From assembly GCA_020024155.1 (NCBI GenBank), contig JAHHUE010000002.1, positions 77 to 64,076 of the forward strand: DNA of 64,000 nt, given 5' to 3'. Position numbers and translations under genes: made by a program. The notes under the pieces were generated by a model. That model did not search any database. It was not told where the DNA came from and worked only from the letters and a program-made list of their open reading frames with translations. Source of the DNA: Oscillospiraceae bacterium. Lineage in GTDB: Bacteria; Bacillota; Clostridia; Oscillospirales; Ruminococcaceae. Positions 49,356 to 58,879 of this stretch are shown in pieces (the stretch's first letter is position 1; every line of letters starts with the position of its first letter).

Positions 49356-49546
49356 TCATATAATACAATAAATTAAACTTCCAATTATATTATACACTTT
49401 TAGCATAGTTTTCCATACATAATAACAGTGTACAAATATATTTAATTTTAAATATTTTATGATTTATATTTTAACTCAATATCATTTTAAAGTAATATTT
49501 GATTACATTACAGTTATTACATAGTTAAATTTTTATTCAACAATGC

Positions 49547-49579
49547 AAAAAACGACTAAGTATTAAACTTAGTCGTTTT
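49547..49579 (-). terminator. Terminator after tRNA-Leu copy 1
   Basis: AACGACTAAGT / ACTTAGTCGTT stem followed by TTTTTTG on the minus strand. Confidence 0.8.
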
Positions 49580-49666
49580 TGGTGCGGATGACAAGACTTG
49601 AACTTGCACGATATTGCTACCACTAGCCCCTCAAGCTAGCGTGTCTGCCGATTCCACCACATCCGC
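49580..49666 (-). tRNA. tRNA-Leu (anticodon GAG), copy 1
   Basis: Reverse complement reads GCGGATGTGGTGGAATCGGCAGACACGCTAGCTTGAGGGGCTAGTGGTAGCAATATCGTGCAAGTTCAAGTCTTGTCATCCGCACCA. 87 nt with a long variable arm. Confidence 0.93.
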
Positions 49667-49777
49667 AAAATCGGTTACACTTTTCTAGTGCGTGTATTAT
49701 AATATCATACTTTTTTACAAAACGCAAGCATTATTTTTAATATTTTTTAAATTTTACAAAGTTATAAATTGTAAAAT

Positions 49778-49808
49778 AAAAAACGACTAAGTACAAACTT
49801 AGTCGTTT
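49778..49808 (-). terminator. Terminator after tRNA-Leu copy 2
   Basis: Same AACGACTAAGT / ACTTAGTCGTT stem as copy 1. Confidence 0.75.
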
Positions 49809-49895
49809 TGGTGCGGATGACAAGACTTGAACTTGCACGATATTGCTACCACTAGCCCCTCAAGCTAGCGTGTCTGCCGATTCCACCACATCCGC
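49809..49895 (-). tRNA. tRNA-Leu (anticodon GAG), copy 2
   Basis: Sequence identical to copy 1 by direct comparison. Confidence 0.93.
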
Positions 49896-49927
49896 AAAAT
49901 CGGTTACACTTTTCTAGTGCGTGTATT

Positions 49928-49956
49928 ATAATATCATAAGTTCTATATATTGTCAA
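49928..49956 (-). promoter_or_regulatory. Promoter of the tRNA-Leu tandem
   Basis: Minus strand reads TTGACA, 17 bp ending in TGA, then TATTAT. Only copy 2 keeps the -35 box. Confidence 0.7.
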
Positions 49957-49971
49957 CACTTTTTTCATATT

Positions 49972-51264
49972 TTATTTAATTATTTTTTCGCCACTTTCGA
50001 TAGCAGAAAACTCTGATACATCTTTCAATTTTCTGTTTATCATATTTGTACGAGTACCAATAAGTTTATCCAACTCTTCACTTGCCTGTCTCATACGGTC
50101 TTGTGTTTTTGAAAGAACATCTCCAAATTTACTAAACTCTGTTTTAACTTCTTCAAGAACTTTCCACACCTGTCCAGAGCTCTTCTGAATTGCAAGTGTT
50201 TTAAAGCCCATCTGTAAGCTATTTAATAAAGCAGCCATTGTTGTTGGACCTGCAATATTTATTTTTTCTTTTTGCAATTCTTCTACAAGTCCTTCTCTTA
50301 CAACTTCAGCATACAAACCTTCCAAAGGCAAAAACATTATTGCAAATTCTGTTGTTCTTGGAACATCAATATACTTTGTTCTTATGTCTTTTGCAAAACC
50401 TTTAATTCTTGTACGCAACTCTTTTCTTGCAAGAAGTAGTAAATCTTTATCTCCACTGTCATAAGCATCTTGCAGCTTTTGATATGCATCTAATGGGAAT
50501 TTTGCGTCTATTGGCAAATAAATATAACCTTCATCTGTGCCAGGCAGTTTAACTGCAAATTCTACTCTATCCTGAGAGTTTTTCTTTGTAGCAATATTCA
50601 TTTCGTATTGTTCTGGACTTAAAATTTCTTCCAAAATTGCACCAAGCTGAACTTCTCCCAATATACCTCTTGTTTTAACATTGGACAAAACTTTGCGTAA
50701 ATCGTTTACACCTTCTCCAACCTTTTGCATTTCGCCAAGAGATTTATATACTTGTTCAAGCCTTTCGCTTACAAGCTTAAAGCTTTGATTTATTCTTTCT
50801 TCTAATGTTTTTTGAAGTTTTTCGTCAACAGTCAATCTCATTTCATCAAGCTTTTTCTCATTGCTTGCTTGCATATCACTAACTTTTTGCTCAACAGTTA
50901 TTCTCATTTCTGACAACTGTTCTTCATTCTGTTTTTGGAATTTAGCAAATCTATCATCAAGTCCGGTAGTAGTTTGAAAAACAGTTCTTCTCAAAGACTC
51001 TATATTTGCTTGTGTATTTTCGCTAAATTCTTTAAATCTTGCTGTTTCAAGGTTTTGCATTACCTGCTGATTTTGATTTTGAGCCATCTGCTGTCTTGTA
51101 AGAAAATCCAATGTATCTTTCTTACTTTTATCTGTATACTGCTCAATTTCTTTTTTCAACTCAGCAATCTGGTTTTCAAGTGCCTGAGTTTTATCTTTTT
51201 TAGTCATTGATATAATATTTACAATAAGTACAATAACCAATAATGCTATGATAATATAATCCAT
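49972..51264 (-). CDS. rmuC: DNA recombination protein RmuC
   Basis: N-terminal TM helix, a long coiled coil, and a C-terminal RmuC nuclease-like domain (AIMFLPLEGLYAE...NIAGPTTMAALLNSLQMGF). Confidence 0.9.
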   Translation of the reverse strand: MDYIIIALLVIVLIVNIISMTKKDKTQALENQIAELKKEIEQYTDKSKKDTLDFLTRQQMAQNQNQQVMQNLETARFKEFSENTQANIESLRRTVFQTTTGLDDRFAKFQKQNEEQLSEMRITVEQKVSDMQASNEKKLDEMRLTVDEKLQKTLEERINQSFKLVSERLEQVYKSLGEMQKVGEGVNDLRKVLSNVKTRGILGEVQLGAILEEILSPEQYEMNIATKKNSQDRVEFAVKLPGTDEGYIYLPIDAKFPLDAYQKLQDAYDSGDKDLLLLARKELRTRIKGFAKDIRTKYIDVPRTTEFAIMFLPLEGLYAEVVREGLVEELQKEKINIAGPTTMAALLNSLQMGFKTLAIQKSSGQVWKVLEEVKTEFSKFGDVLSKTQDRMRQASEELDKLIGTRTNMINRKLKDVSEFSAIESGEKIIK

Positions 51265-51400
51265 ATAATCCTCTTTTTTGTTTATTTTATAAATATATTA
51301 TAAAAATATATATTTATAATTGCTTTTTATTGTATCATAAATTTTTCACTAAAAAAAGTGATAATATAAACATCTATTTTATTAAAAGGAATTTTTAGCT

Positions 51401-51934
51401 ATGAAAAACACAAAAAAAATTGCACTATGTGGTGTGATTGGTGCATTATCAATTGTATTATTGCTTATGGGTTCTATTATTCCTCTTGCAACTTATGCTT
51501 GCCCTGCTCTTGCTGCCATTCTTATTTTACCAATTTCCTATGAGTATCAAGAAAAAACTGCTTTCACAATGTATTTATCTGTAAGTATACTTTCCACAAT
51601 ACTTATTCCTGAAAAAGAATTTGTTATGATGTATGTATTTGTTTTTGGTCTGTATACGGTTTTCAAATTTAAAGCCGATAAAATAAAACCTAAGTTTTTA
51701 CAGCTTATCTTAAAAGCATCGTATGCAGTTATCTCAACAGCTGTATGTTATGCAATATTGCTTTTGGTATTTCCAAACCCGTTATTAACAAAAGAATTAT
51801 CTGACGCAACTTCTTGGTTTATTATTTTATTCTTTGTTTTGTTCTCTGCAACATTTATTTTATACGATTTTTCTGCAACACTTATGTTTAGATTATATAT
51901 TTATAAATTAAGAAATCGTCTATTTAAAAAATAG
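51401..51934 (+). CDS. Hypothetical integral membrane protein (177 aa, about 5 TM)
   Basis: Hydrophobic ORF with an RBS-like AAAGGAA upstream; family not recognised. Confidence 0.5.
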   Translation: MKNTKKIALCGVIGALSIVLLLMGSIIPLATYACPALAAILILPISYEYQEKTAFTMYLSVSILSTILIPEKEFVMMYVFVFGLYTVFKFKADKIKPKFLQLILKASYAVISTAVCYAILLLVFPNPLLTKELSDATSWFIILFFVLFSATFILYDFSATLMFRLYIYKLRNRLFKK

Positions 51935-51958
51935 ATTATTGCAAGAAAGGTAACAGTT

Positions 51959-52813
51959 ATGAAAGATAAAACTTCACTTATTCTTGAAGGTGGTGGAATG
52001 CGTGGTCTTTACACTGCCGGTATACTTGATTATTTTTTAGAAATGGGATTGGAGTTTAACTCTGTATATGGAGTTTCTGCCGGTTGTTTAAACGGTGTAA
52101 ACTTTATTTCAAAGCAAAAAGGACGAAATTTAGCTACATTTACAGACTATCTTGATGACAAAAATTATCGAGGATTGGGAATGTTTTTGAAAACCGGAAA
52201 TTTCTTTAATCCTAAATTTATTTATGATGATATTCCAAATAAATTAAATCTTTTTGATTATGATGCATTTGCCCTTAATCCAACAAACTTTTATGTTGTA
52301 GTTTCAAATATAAAAACAGGACAGGCAGAGTACATAAAATGTGATGATATTGATGGAAGAATGGATTATATTAGGGCATCTGCCAGCCTGCCACTTATAT
52401 CTCAGGTTGTTAAAATTGATGATGACGAATACCTTGACGGTGGTATTTGTGATAGTATTCCTCTTCAAAAAAGCATATTAGATGGCAATGAAAAAAATGT
52501 TGTTATTCTTACTCAGCATAGAGGATTTGTAAAAAAGCAAACAAAAAATCTTGGTATTTTTAAAAGCTTATACAATAAAAAATATCCAAAATTATACGAG
52601 GCTATAAAAAACAGACATCGTATGTACAACAGAGAACTAAAATACTTATATAATGCCGAAGAAAATGGCTCAGCATTTATAATTCAGCCTGACAATGCTC
52701 TTAATGTATCAAGATTGGAAAAAGATAAATATAAACTATATAACCTATATAATATTGGATACCTACAAGCAAAAGAAATGTATCCTAAAATTATTGAATA
52801 TTTAAACTCATAA
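51959..52813 (+). CDS. Patatin-like phospholipase family protein
   Basis: LEGGGMRG oxyanion motif, GVSAG nucleophile elbow and DGG catalytic Asp motif. Confidence 0.9.
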   Translation: MKDKTSLILEGGGMRGLYTAGILDYFLEMGLEFNSVYGVSAGCLNGVNFISKQKGRNLATFTDYLDDKNYRGLGMFLKTGNFFNPKFIYDDIPNKLNLFDYDAFALNPTNFYVVVSNIKTGQAEYIKCDDIDGRMDYIRASASLPLISQVVKIDDDEYLDGGICDSIPLQKSILDGNEKNVVILTQHRGFVKKQTKNLGIFKSLYNKKYPKLYEAIKNRHRMYNRELKYLYNAEENGSAFIIQPDNALNVSRLEKDKYKLYNLYNIGYLQAKEMYPKIIEYLNS

Positions 52814-52833
52814 AACTTAATTTTTTTAATAGA

Positions 52834-52875
52834 AAAAGGTACATAAGACAAATTATCTTATGTACCTTTTCTTTA
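52834..52875 (+). terminator. Intrinsic terminator after the patatin gene
   Basis: AAAAGGTACATAAGA / TCTTATGTACCTTTT 15-bp perfect stem followed by a T-run. Confidence 0.85.
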
Positions 52876-52894
52876 AAGTGTAACTATATTTTAA

Positions 52895-53974
52895 TTTATC
52901 GTCAAACTTTTTCTTTTTGTATACAAATACAAGTATTGTTTATGTACTTAAAGCAAATAAGATTATTGGTAACAATATACCTTTACCACTTGTATTTGGG
53001 CTTAAAGTATTTTAAGGTGCTAGTGCCGTAGTGTTTGGAGTTGGTTTATTCTCTGGTGTTGGTGGAATTATTACTCTTTCTGTAAATGTCCAACTACCGC
53101 TTATATTTTACTACATTATTTTCAACAATTGCAAACCAACCATTAAATGACCATATACCTTTCAAACCATTTTTTTCAGATATAACAATAAATTTGTCAG
53201 TATATTTTTCATCTTTGTTTTGCATAGCCTCTTCTACTGAGCTATAAGTTTTTGTATCTTCTGGTAACTTTTGACCTTGTGGTACTTCTGTGCCTCAATC
53301 ATATACTACGGAAATCTTATGTTCTATATAAGCCCAACTACCTGTACAAGTTACAACAGCATCCTCAATATTTGTAGACCATCCACTGAACACCCAGCTA
53401 CCAACTTTACCATTTTTTGTGCCTTCAAAAGATGTTTTATCAGTATATTTTGTATCTAATGCAGCTATGGCTTCTTCTGCTGATGTATATTTTTTATTAT
53501 CAACCGGAAGTTCAATCTTTTCCTTTACACCTTCTGGTATAATATTATCTTTCCAATTATATTGAATGGTGTAATCTGTTTTTTCTTGAATTAACCCTCG
53601 TATTTCTATATAACAAAACCTTTCTTCATCATTTTTTAATGTAATTTTAAAATCTTTATAACAACCTATGCGACCTAATTTTAAATTTTTAAATATAATC
53701 AAATTTTTTTCTTTATAATATTCAAAGGTATAATATCTCCATTTATATCTTTAAACGGATTTTCAATTACTAATGTTCTGTTATTTCCTAAGTAAAAAGG
53801 CTCTCCATATAAGCTTTGTTCTATTCTTTTTACACTTGTCATTCCTTCAAGTGATTCATTGCTTCCTGTACTGTATGGCATTTGTTCACCCGTAAAAGAT
53901 TGTAAGATACTGTACTTCTGATAATCCTTGAATATTTTCTTTTTCAATATAAATGTCTTGTATATTTTTTGCAT
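52895..53974 (-). pseudogene. Remnant of a cell-wall-anchored surface protein with SHIRT-like repeats
   Basis: Two repeat units (YTIQYNWKDNIIPEGV...KYTDKTSFEGTKNGKVGSWVFSGW and VVYD*GTEVPQGQKLPEDTKTY...KGIWSFNGW). Damage includes TGA at a W position, frameshifts (one apparently in an A7 run) and a lost N-terminus. The C-terminus reads SPNTSGKGILLPIILFALST*TILVFVYKKKK, which resembles a sorting signal. Confidence 0.6.
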
Positions 53975-54080
53975 AATGTATACCTTGTATATTTGTTACT
54001 ATACTATCTTTTGATATCTTAAATTGTATAAGTAATATATCATACTTAAAAATTTTTTTCTTTAACTGTTATTATAACTA

Positions 54081-54125
54081 AAAAGTCAAACTCATTACAA
54101 AGTAAAATGTTTGAGTTTGACTTTT
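54081..54125 (-). terminator. Intrinsic terminator ending the TetR-headed operon
   Basis: AAAAGTCAAACTCA / TGAGTTTGACTTTT 14-bp perfect stem followed by TTTTTAG on the minus strand. Confidence 0.85.
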
Positions 54126-54137
54126 TATATTATTATT

Positions 54138-55082
54138 TTATTTCACATAATCTTTTTGTAGATTGTTTGCTGCAAGATTTTTCTTATACCATTTATTATC
54201 AGTATAAAGTTCTTCCTTTAATGGATTTCTGTGTGTTCTCTTAATAACAATTATTTCATAAATAAATACTGCAACATTTGCAACAAGAGCAATTGCACTG
54301 AGAGCTGTCCAAGCTGTTGGATTATATGTAGCTGTTATGCTAAACATTTCCATAGCTTGATAGTCCACTGCCAGTGAAAACATACCAAAAATAGCCAATG
54401 TCTGTGCACGGTGTTGAAGCCACGCACCTTCTTTGATGAAAAATTCTGCAACAGTACAGCTTATAATAAGAACTACACCTGCATACATAGCTCTTGTTGA
54501 AATGCTATTATAGCAGTATGCTACATTCCATAAGTCATAAGCTAAAATCCAAAACCAAAGTTGGTCTGGCCAAACCATATCTTTTGATTTTGTGTTTGCA
54601 ACTTTTATTCCAACCCAACCTGTCATTGTCAAAAGCAAAAACACGCCTGCCAATGCATTCATCAAGTTCCAAGGTCCACCAAGTACAGTCAAACCTGCTT
54701 CGTCAACTGTAAGCTCTTTAAAAGTTGAAAAAACTTCTATATCACGATATATAGCCTCAATAATATTTATTGCCAAAATTGCTACCGGAAAATACCAAGC
54801 AAACTTTTTATTGCCAAGTTTTGTATAACGAATAAGCATAAAACCTATAACGCCTATAAGTGCAGAATATGTTTTTACAACACCAAACCAAGTTTTACTT
54901 GACGGACTACTTACTATCCCCATTGCAATAAGAACAACAAGCACAACTGGTAAAACACAATATACTGCTATTGATAATGCTTTACTTCTTCGTGTAATTT
55001 CATTTAAAACAACCAACAAAACCACAAGCAATAAAACACCTGCTATTGTAAGCCAAGAATACCCTTCAAAGAAAAATCCCAT
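54138..55082 (-). CDS. Polytopic membrane protein of unknown function (paralog A, 314 aa)
   Basis: About 9 TM helices and an AAAGGAG RBS. Shares collinear motifs with the 57881-58741 product (NI[IL]EA..D, AY..WN, WL..RA.[TS]L[AS]I). Confidence 0.6.
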   Translation of the reverse strand: MGFFFEGYSWLTIAGVLLLVVLLVVLNEITRRSKALSIAVYCVLPVVLVVLIAMGIVSSPSSKTWFGVVKTYSALIGVIGFMLIRYTKLGNKKFAWYFPVAILAINIIEAIYRDIEVFSTFKELTVDEAGLTVLGGPWNLMNALAGVFLLLTMTGWVGIKVANTKSKDMVWPDQLWFWILAYDLWNVAYCYNSISTRAMYAGVVLIISCTVAEFFIKEGAWLQHRAQTLAIFGMFSLAVDYQAMEMFSITATYNPTAWTALSAIALVANVAVFIYEIIVIKRTHRNPLKEELYTDNKWYKKNLAANNLQKDYVK

Positions 55083-55100
55083 TCACAACACTCCTTTTAA

Positions 55101-56264
55101 TTAAAGCATAATTTCAACATCGCTAATTGGATATGCCTTACATGAATGAATATATCCATATTTTTCATCTGCATAACGACGGAGCATACCTTTTGCAAGA
55201 AATACATTACCTGAAACAAGTTTTACACGGCATAGACTACATTCACCACTGCGACAGCAAACATTCACTCTTACACCAGCTCTTTCCAATGCTACAAGTA
55301 TAGACTCGCTTGATTTTGCAGGTATAACTTTATCCCCAACTTTAAGATTAAATACTTCACTTCCATTAAGTTCTTTTGGCCAACCTGGTTCATTTTGAAT
55401 ATCACGGCGTGTACCAAACATTTCTCTACGGATTTTCTTTTCCGGAACACCAAGCACCTGCAATTCTTTTTTACAGAAATCGTTCATAACTTGTGGACCA
55501 CAAATGTATGTTGTGCGTTCTATAAAATCCGGTACTAAACGATAGATAAGCTCACCGTTCATAAATCCTTTTTCTCCTGTCCAACCTTCAACATCATCAG
55601 AAACTATAAGCTGATATTTGAAGTTTGGATATTTTTTTGTGTAAGCAGAAAGCTCTTCATGAAAAAGTGCAACTTGTGGATTGCGACAACCATAAAGCAT
55701 AACAATATCTCTATCAAGAGAAGCTTCTAGAATTTCTCTTGTCATACTCATAAATGGAGTTACACCGCTGCCACCTGCCAAAAATAAAGATTTTTTACTG
55801 TGAAAAACCGGTTGATGACGAAACACCCCTGCCGGACCATTTGCTGTAAATGTATCGCCGATTTTTGCATTTTCAATAAGGTATGATGAAACAAATCCAT
55901 CTGGAATACCTGCAACAGTAATTTCATAATATCCCCTCTGTCTTGGAGATGATGAAATACTATATGGTCTGCTTGTTCTAACACCTTCTATTGTTGTAAA
56001 TATATTTATGTACTGGCCTGCCTCAAATGGTGGCAAATATCCGTCTTTTGATGAAAAACGAATAATTTTTGCATTTTTACCTGTATCAATAACATTACTT
56101 ACCACAAGTTCAAGTTCTTTTTTATGCAAGGCATTAGCCGATTTCGCAACATCTTCTTCACAAATTTTATCAAGTGAAACATTACGCATAACACGAATAT
56201 TTTCCATAACTTCTTCACCGTGAACCAAAGTTCCGAGAAGTGTTTCTTTAATATTTTTAGCCAT
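55101..56264 (-). CDS. FNR-like flavin reductase with C-terminal plant-type 2Fe-2S ferredoxin domain
   Basis: RPYSISS (FAD), GGSGVTP (NAD(P)H) and CRSGECSLCRVKL...HSC (2Fe-2S) motifs. Translationally coupled to the upstream gene. Confidence 0.85.
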   Translation of the reverse strand: MAKNIKETLLGTLVHGEEVMENIRVMRNVSLDKICEEDVAKSANALHKKELELVVSNVIDTGKNAKIIRFSSKDGYLPPFEAGQYINIFTTIEGVRTSRPYSISSSPRQRGYYEITVAGIPDGFVSSYLIENAKIGDTFTANGPAGVFRHQPVFHSKKSLFLAGGSGVTPFMSMTREILEASLDRDIVMLYGCRNPQVALFHEELSAYTKKYPNFKYQLIVSDDVEGWTGEKGFMNGELIYRLVPDFIERTTYICGPQVMNDFCKKELQVLGVPEKKIRREMFGTRRDIQNEPGWPKELNGSEVFNLKVGDKVIPAKSSESILVALERAGVRVNVCCRSGECSLCRVKLVSGNVFLAKGMLRRYADEKYGYIHSCKAYPISDVEIML

Positions 56265-56267
56265 TAG

Positions 56268-57806
56268 TTAAACCTCCTTAGCAACTTTTGATGCAACAGT
56301 ATCTGCGTATGTATAGTTAGGACCAAAGCCACAAGCGTTAACCCAACCGCTTGCAAATTCAAGATTTGGGATTTTACTTTCTGATGGGAAGAAAAATACT
56401 GACTGCATTAAATCCTGTTCATATCCATAAATAGCGCCACCTGGGTGACCAAGATAACGCATATGTGTCAAAGGAGTTGCAACTTCCATTTCTTCAATAT
56501 GTTCTGTAATACCCGGATACATTTTTTCAAGTCTTGCAACAATTCTTCTGCCTGCCTCGTATTTCATTTCATAATACTGCTCAGGTGTGAGTTTTTCCCA
56601 TTCTGTACCATATTTAAGTGTACCTGCTGTTATAATACTTGTTCCTTTTGGGGAAACACTTGGGTCATCAACAGTGTAGCAAGTTGCAACAAGAGGGTCA
56701 TTTTCTGGCAAAAGTTTATAAGCATCTGCAAAGTCTTTATTTGCATCTAAACTTTCATAATTAAGTGTAAATGATGTGTGAAAGCCGATTTCCTCTGGTG
56801 TGCAGTCAAGACCGATAAAGCATGTAATTGCAGAAATACCGACCGTATATGGTTTAAGATATTCTCTTGCACTTTGTGGAACTTCTTTTGGTTCAAGAAG
56901 ATTGCCGTATGTTGCAAGTGGAGAAATATTTGAGATTATCTTTTTAGCACGATATTCAACACCGTTTTCATCTATAACACCAACAGCCTTTCCGTTTTCA
57001 AGAACAATGCGTTTTACACCACAATTAAGTTTAACAACGCCACCCATTCTCTGTGCTGCTTCCATAATGGCTTGGTTCATCATCATTGATGTGCCACATA
57101 GATAAAACGGTTTTGTTTCAAGATAGAAATTTGTACATTTTGCAAGTATTGCAAAAGGAAATCTTGTTGGCGGCATACCCATAAAGCACCAGTAAGCACT
57201 TAAAGCAAGTTTAAGTTTTGGGTTTTTAAAAAATTCATCAAGAACTTCTTGGGTTGATTTAAGAGCATAGTTTGCCAAAGTAGGATATTTTTTTGGAAAA
57301 CCTGCTTTCATAATAGCTTTTTTAATTGCACCAGGTTCTTCTGTACTGCCTGCACTTTTTGCAGCAAAGTCAGCAGATTCTTCACAGAATTTATAAACAG
57401 TATCATAATATTTTCTTATAGATTCAGCCTCTGACGGGAATTCTTTGCAAAGGAAATCTTCACACTCTTTTCTGTCTGATGGCAAACTAATACCTGTTCC
57501 GTCTGGAAAGTTTACACGATAAAGTTCTTTAATCTGTATCCAATCAATTTCATCTTCAATACCATAACGAGCAAATTGTTTTCTAAGTTGACCTGGATTT
57601 TCTTTTGTTCCCATATGGGAAAGTTGGTGTAACGCAATTTCAAATTCAAAACGACCACGACAAAAACTTGAGCCACAACCACCAGGAATATTATGTTTTT
57701 CAAAAAGAATTACACTTTTTCCTTTTTCAGCCAATGTTGCAGCGGCAGCAAGACCACCGTTTCCTGCACCTATGACAATTACATCATACTGATTCATATT
57801 TTTCAC
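56268..57806 (-). CDS. CrtI/phytoene-desaturase-family FAD-dependent oxidoreductase
   Basis: YDVIVIGAGNGGLAAAATLAEKG dinucleotide fold, C-terminal GGAIYG motif, 512 aa. Confidence 0.85.
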   Translation of the reverse strand: MKNMNQYDVIVIGAGNGGLAAAATLAEKGKSVILFEKHNIPGGCGSSFCRGRFEFEIALHQLSHMGTKENPGQLRKQFARYGIEDEIDWIQIKELYRVNFPDGTGISLPSDRKECEDFLCKEFPSEAESIRKYYDTVYKFCEESADFAAKSAGSTEEPGAIKKAIMKAGFPKKYPTLANYALKSTQEVLDEFFKNPKLKLALSAYWCFMGMPPTRFPFAILAKCTNFYLETKPFYLCGTSMMMNQAIMEAAQRMGGVVKLNCGVKRIVLENGKAVGVIDENGVEYRAKKIISNISPLATYGNLLEPKEVPQSAREYLKPYTVGISAITCFIGLDCTPEEIGFHTSFTLNYESLDANKDFADAYKLLPENDPLVATCYTVDDPSVSPKGTSIITAGTLKYGTEWEKLTPEQYYEMKYEAGRRIVARLEKMYPGITEHIEEMEVATPLTHMRYLGHPGGAIYGYEQDLMQSVFFFPSESKIPNLEFASGWVNACGFGPNYTYADTVASKVAKEV

Positions 57807-57880
57807 CTTTCTAATAGCAAGCTGTGTTTAATATATAATTTGTAAAATCCAGCTTATGTTTTTATTCTATATTTTTAGCT

Positions 57881-58741
57881 TTATACTGTTGGTGCTGCCA
57901 AAGGAGCAAATGTAAATGTAATTCCTCCATTTTGCATCATTAACACAATACAAGCACCAATAAGTACAAGATTTATTATCATACATATAATTTGAACAGG
58001 TGTTTGTTTTGTCCACTGAACAAATTTATCAAATTTTTGGTTATAATATTCTCTTTCAAACCAGTCTTTTGCACCAATCTGCATCCAACCACCAATAGAA
58101 AGTGAGTTTGCTCTTAACAACAACCACATGCCAATGCCACCATAAGCACCAAGACCTATTGTACAAAGACAACCTAAAAGTGGAGCTAAAAGGAAACCAA
58201 CATGCATTAAAGCAACAGAGGGAGAAAATTCATTAGTTACAAAAATCCAGTTCCATATTGTATAAGCGATAGCGTACATAATTGTAATTATAGGCAATGC
58301 ACCTTTTGCAAGGTAATAATCTCCAAATGGAGCATCAAATTGCCAAATGCCTCTCAAAACAACAACACCAATAGCCACTGCAAAGCCTGAAATTGCATTA
58401 AAATATTTTTTGTAACGCAAAAGGTCTGTAAGAGTTGCTTCCAAAATATTTACAATGAGCATAAGCATTATTACATCAACATAAACCTGTGGATTAAATA
58501 ATCTAAATGCTGCCAAAATTATAGCTATACGCATTGTAAGCAATGTTGTCAGTTTAAGTTTTTCAAAGAAAACGGGTTTTGCAAGTATCAAAACTAATAT
58601 TGACGGGATAACTACAATTGGAATATTAGCTTCAATAGGGTAAAAAGCTGTTAAAATTGCCAGTCCTGTAATTGCTGCGGTAAACATAATCCATTTGATA
58701 TAGATATCTGCCTTACCTACTTTTTGATTTGCAGTTTGCAT
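57881..58741 (-). CDS. Polytopic membrane protein of unknown function (paralog B, 286 aa)
   Basis: About 8-9 TM helices and a GAAGGAGAG RBS. Motif-level similarity to the 54138-55082 product. Confidence 0.6.
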   Translation of the reverse strand: MQTANQKVGKADIYIKWIMFTAAITGLAILTAFYPIEANIPIVVIPSILVLILAKPVFFEKLKLTTLLTMRIAIILAAFRLFNPQVYVDVIMLMLIVNILEATLTDLLRYKKYFNAISGFAVAIGVVVLRGIWQFDAPFGDYYLAKGALPIITIMYAIAYTIWNWIFVTNEFSPSVALMHVGFLLAPLLGCLCTIGLGAYGGIGMWLLLRANSLSIGGWMQIGAKDWFEREYYNQKFDKFVQWTKQTPVQIICMIINLVLIGACIVLMMQNGGITFTFAPLAAPTV

Positions 58742-58879
58742 AAAATAAACTCTCCTTCAAAATTTTTATTTTGAAACACTATGCTTTTTGCACAATGTTA
58801 AATTACTTAAAATACTTGCATTATCTAAGAATTTTGCCCTTTTATTAAAATAAATCTGCGTTTAATCTATGTTTACAAT

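Larger units (their letters stand above)
49547..49709 (-). repeat. Tandem duplication unit, copy 1 (terminator + tRNA-Leu + leader/-10)
   Basis: Near-identical to 49778-49938. The only differences are in the hairpin loop and the T-run length. Confidence 0.9.
49778..49938 (-). repeat. Tandem duplication unit, copy 2
   Basis: See copy 1; the two units are offset by 229-231 bp. Confidence 0.9.

Noticed and set aside
49972-52813. RmuC plus small membrane protein plus patatin-like lipase as a possible phage-defence (CBASS-like effector) island
   Set aside because: There is no cyclase, sensor, NTPase or other defence partner. The genes are on different strands with their own terminators. Both RmuC and a 280-aa patatin protein are common core genes in Firmicutes.
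58775-58799. Imperfect dyad AACACTATGC-N5-GCACAATGTT between tetR and the first membrane gene, considered as a second TetR operator or internal promoter
   Set aside because: Only 8 of 10 arm positions pair, and it does not resemble the perfect palindrome at the tetR promoter. No convincing -35/-10 pair accompanies it, so co-transcription from the tetR promoter is the simpler reading.
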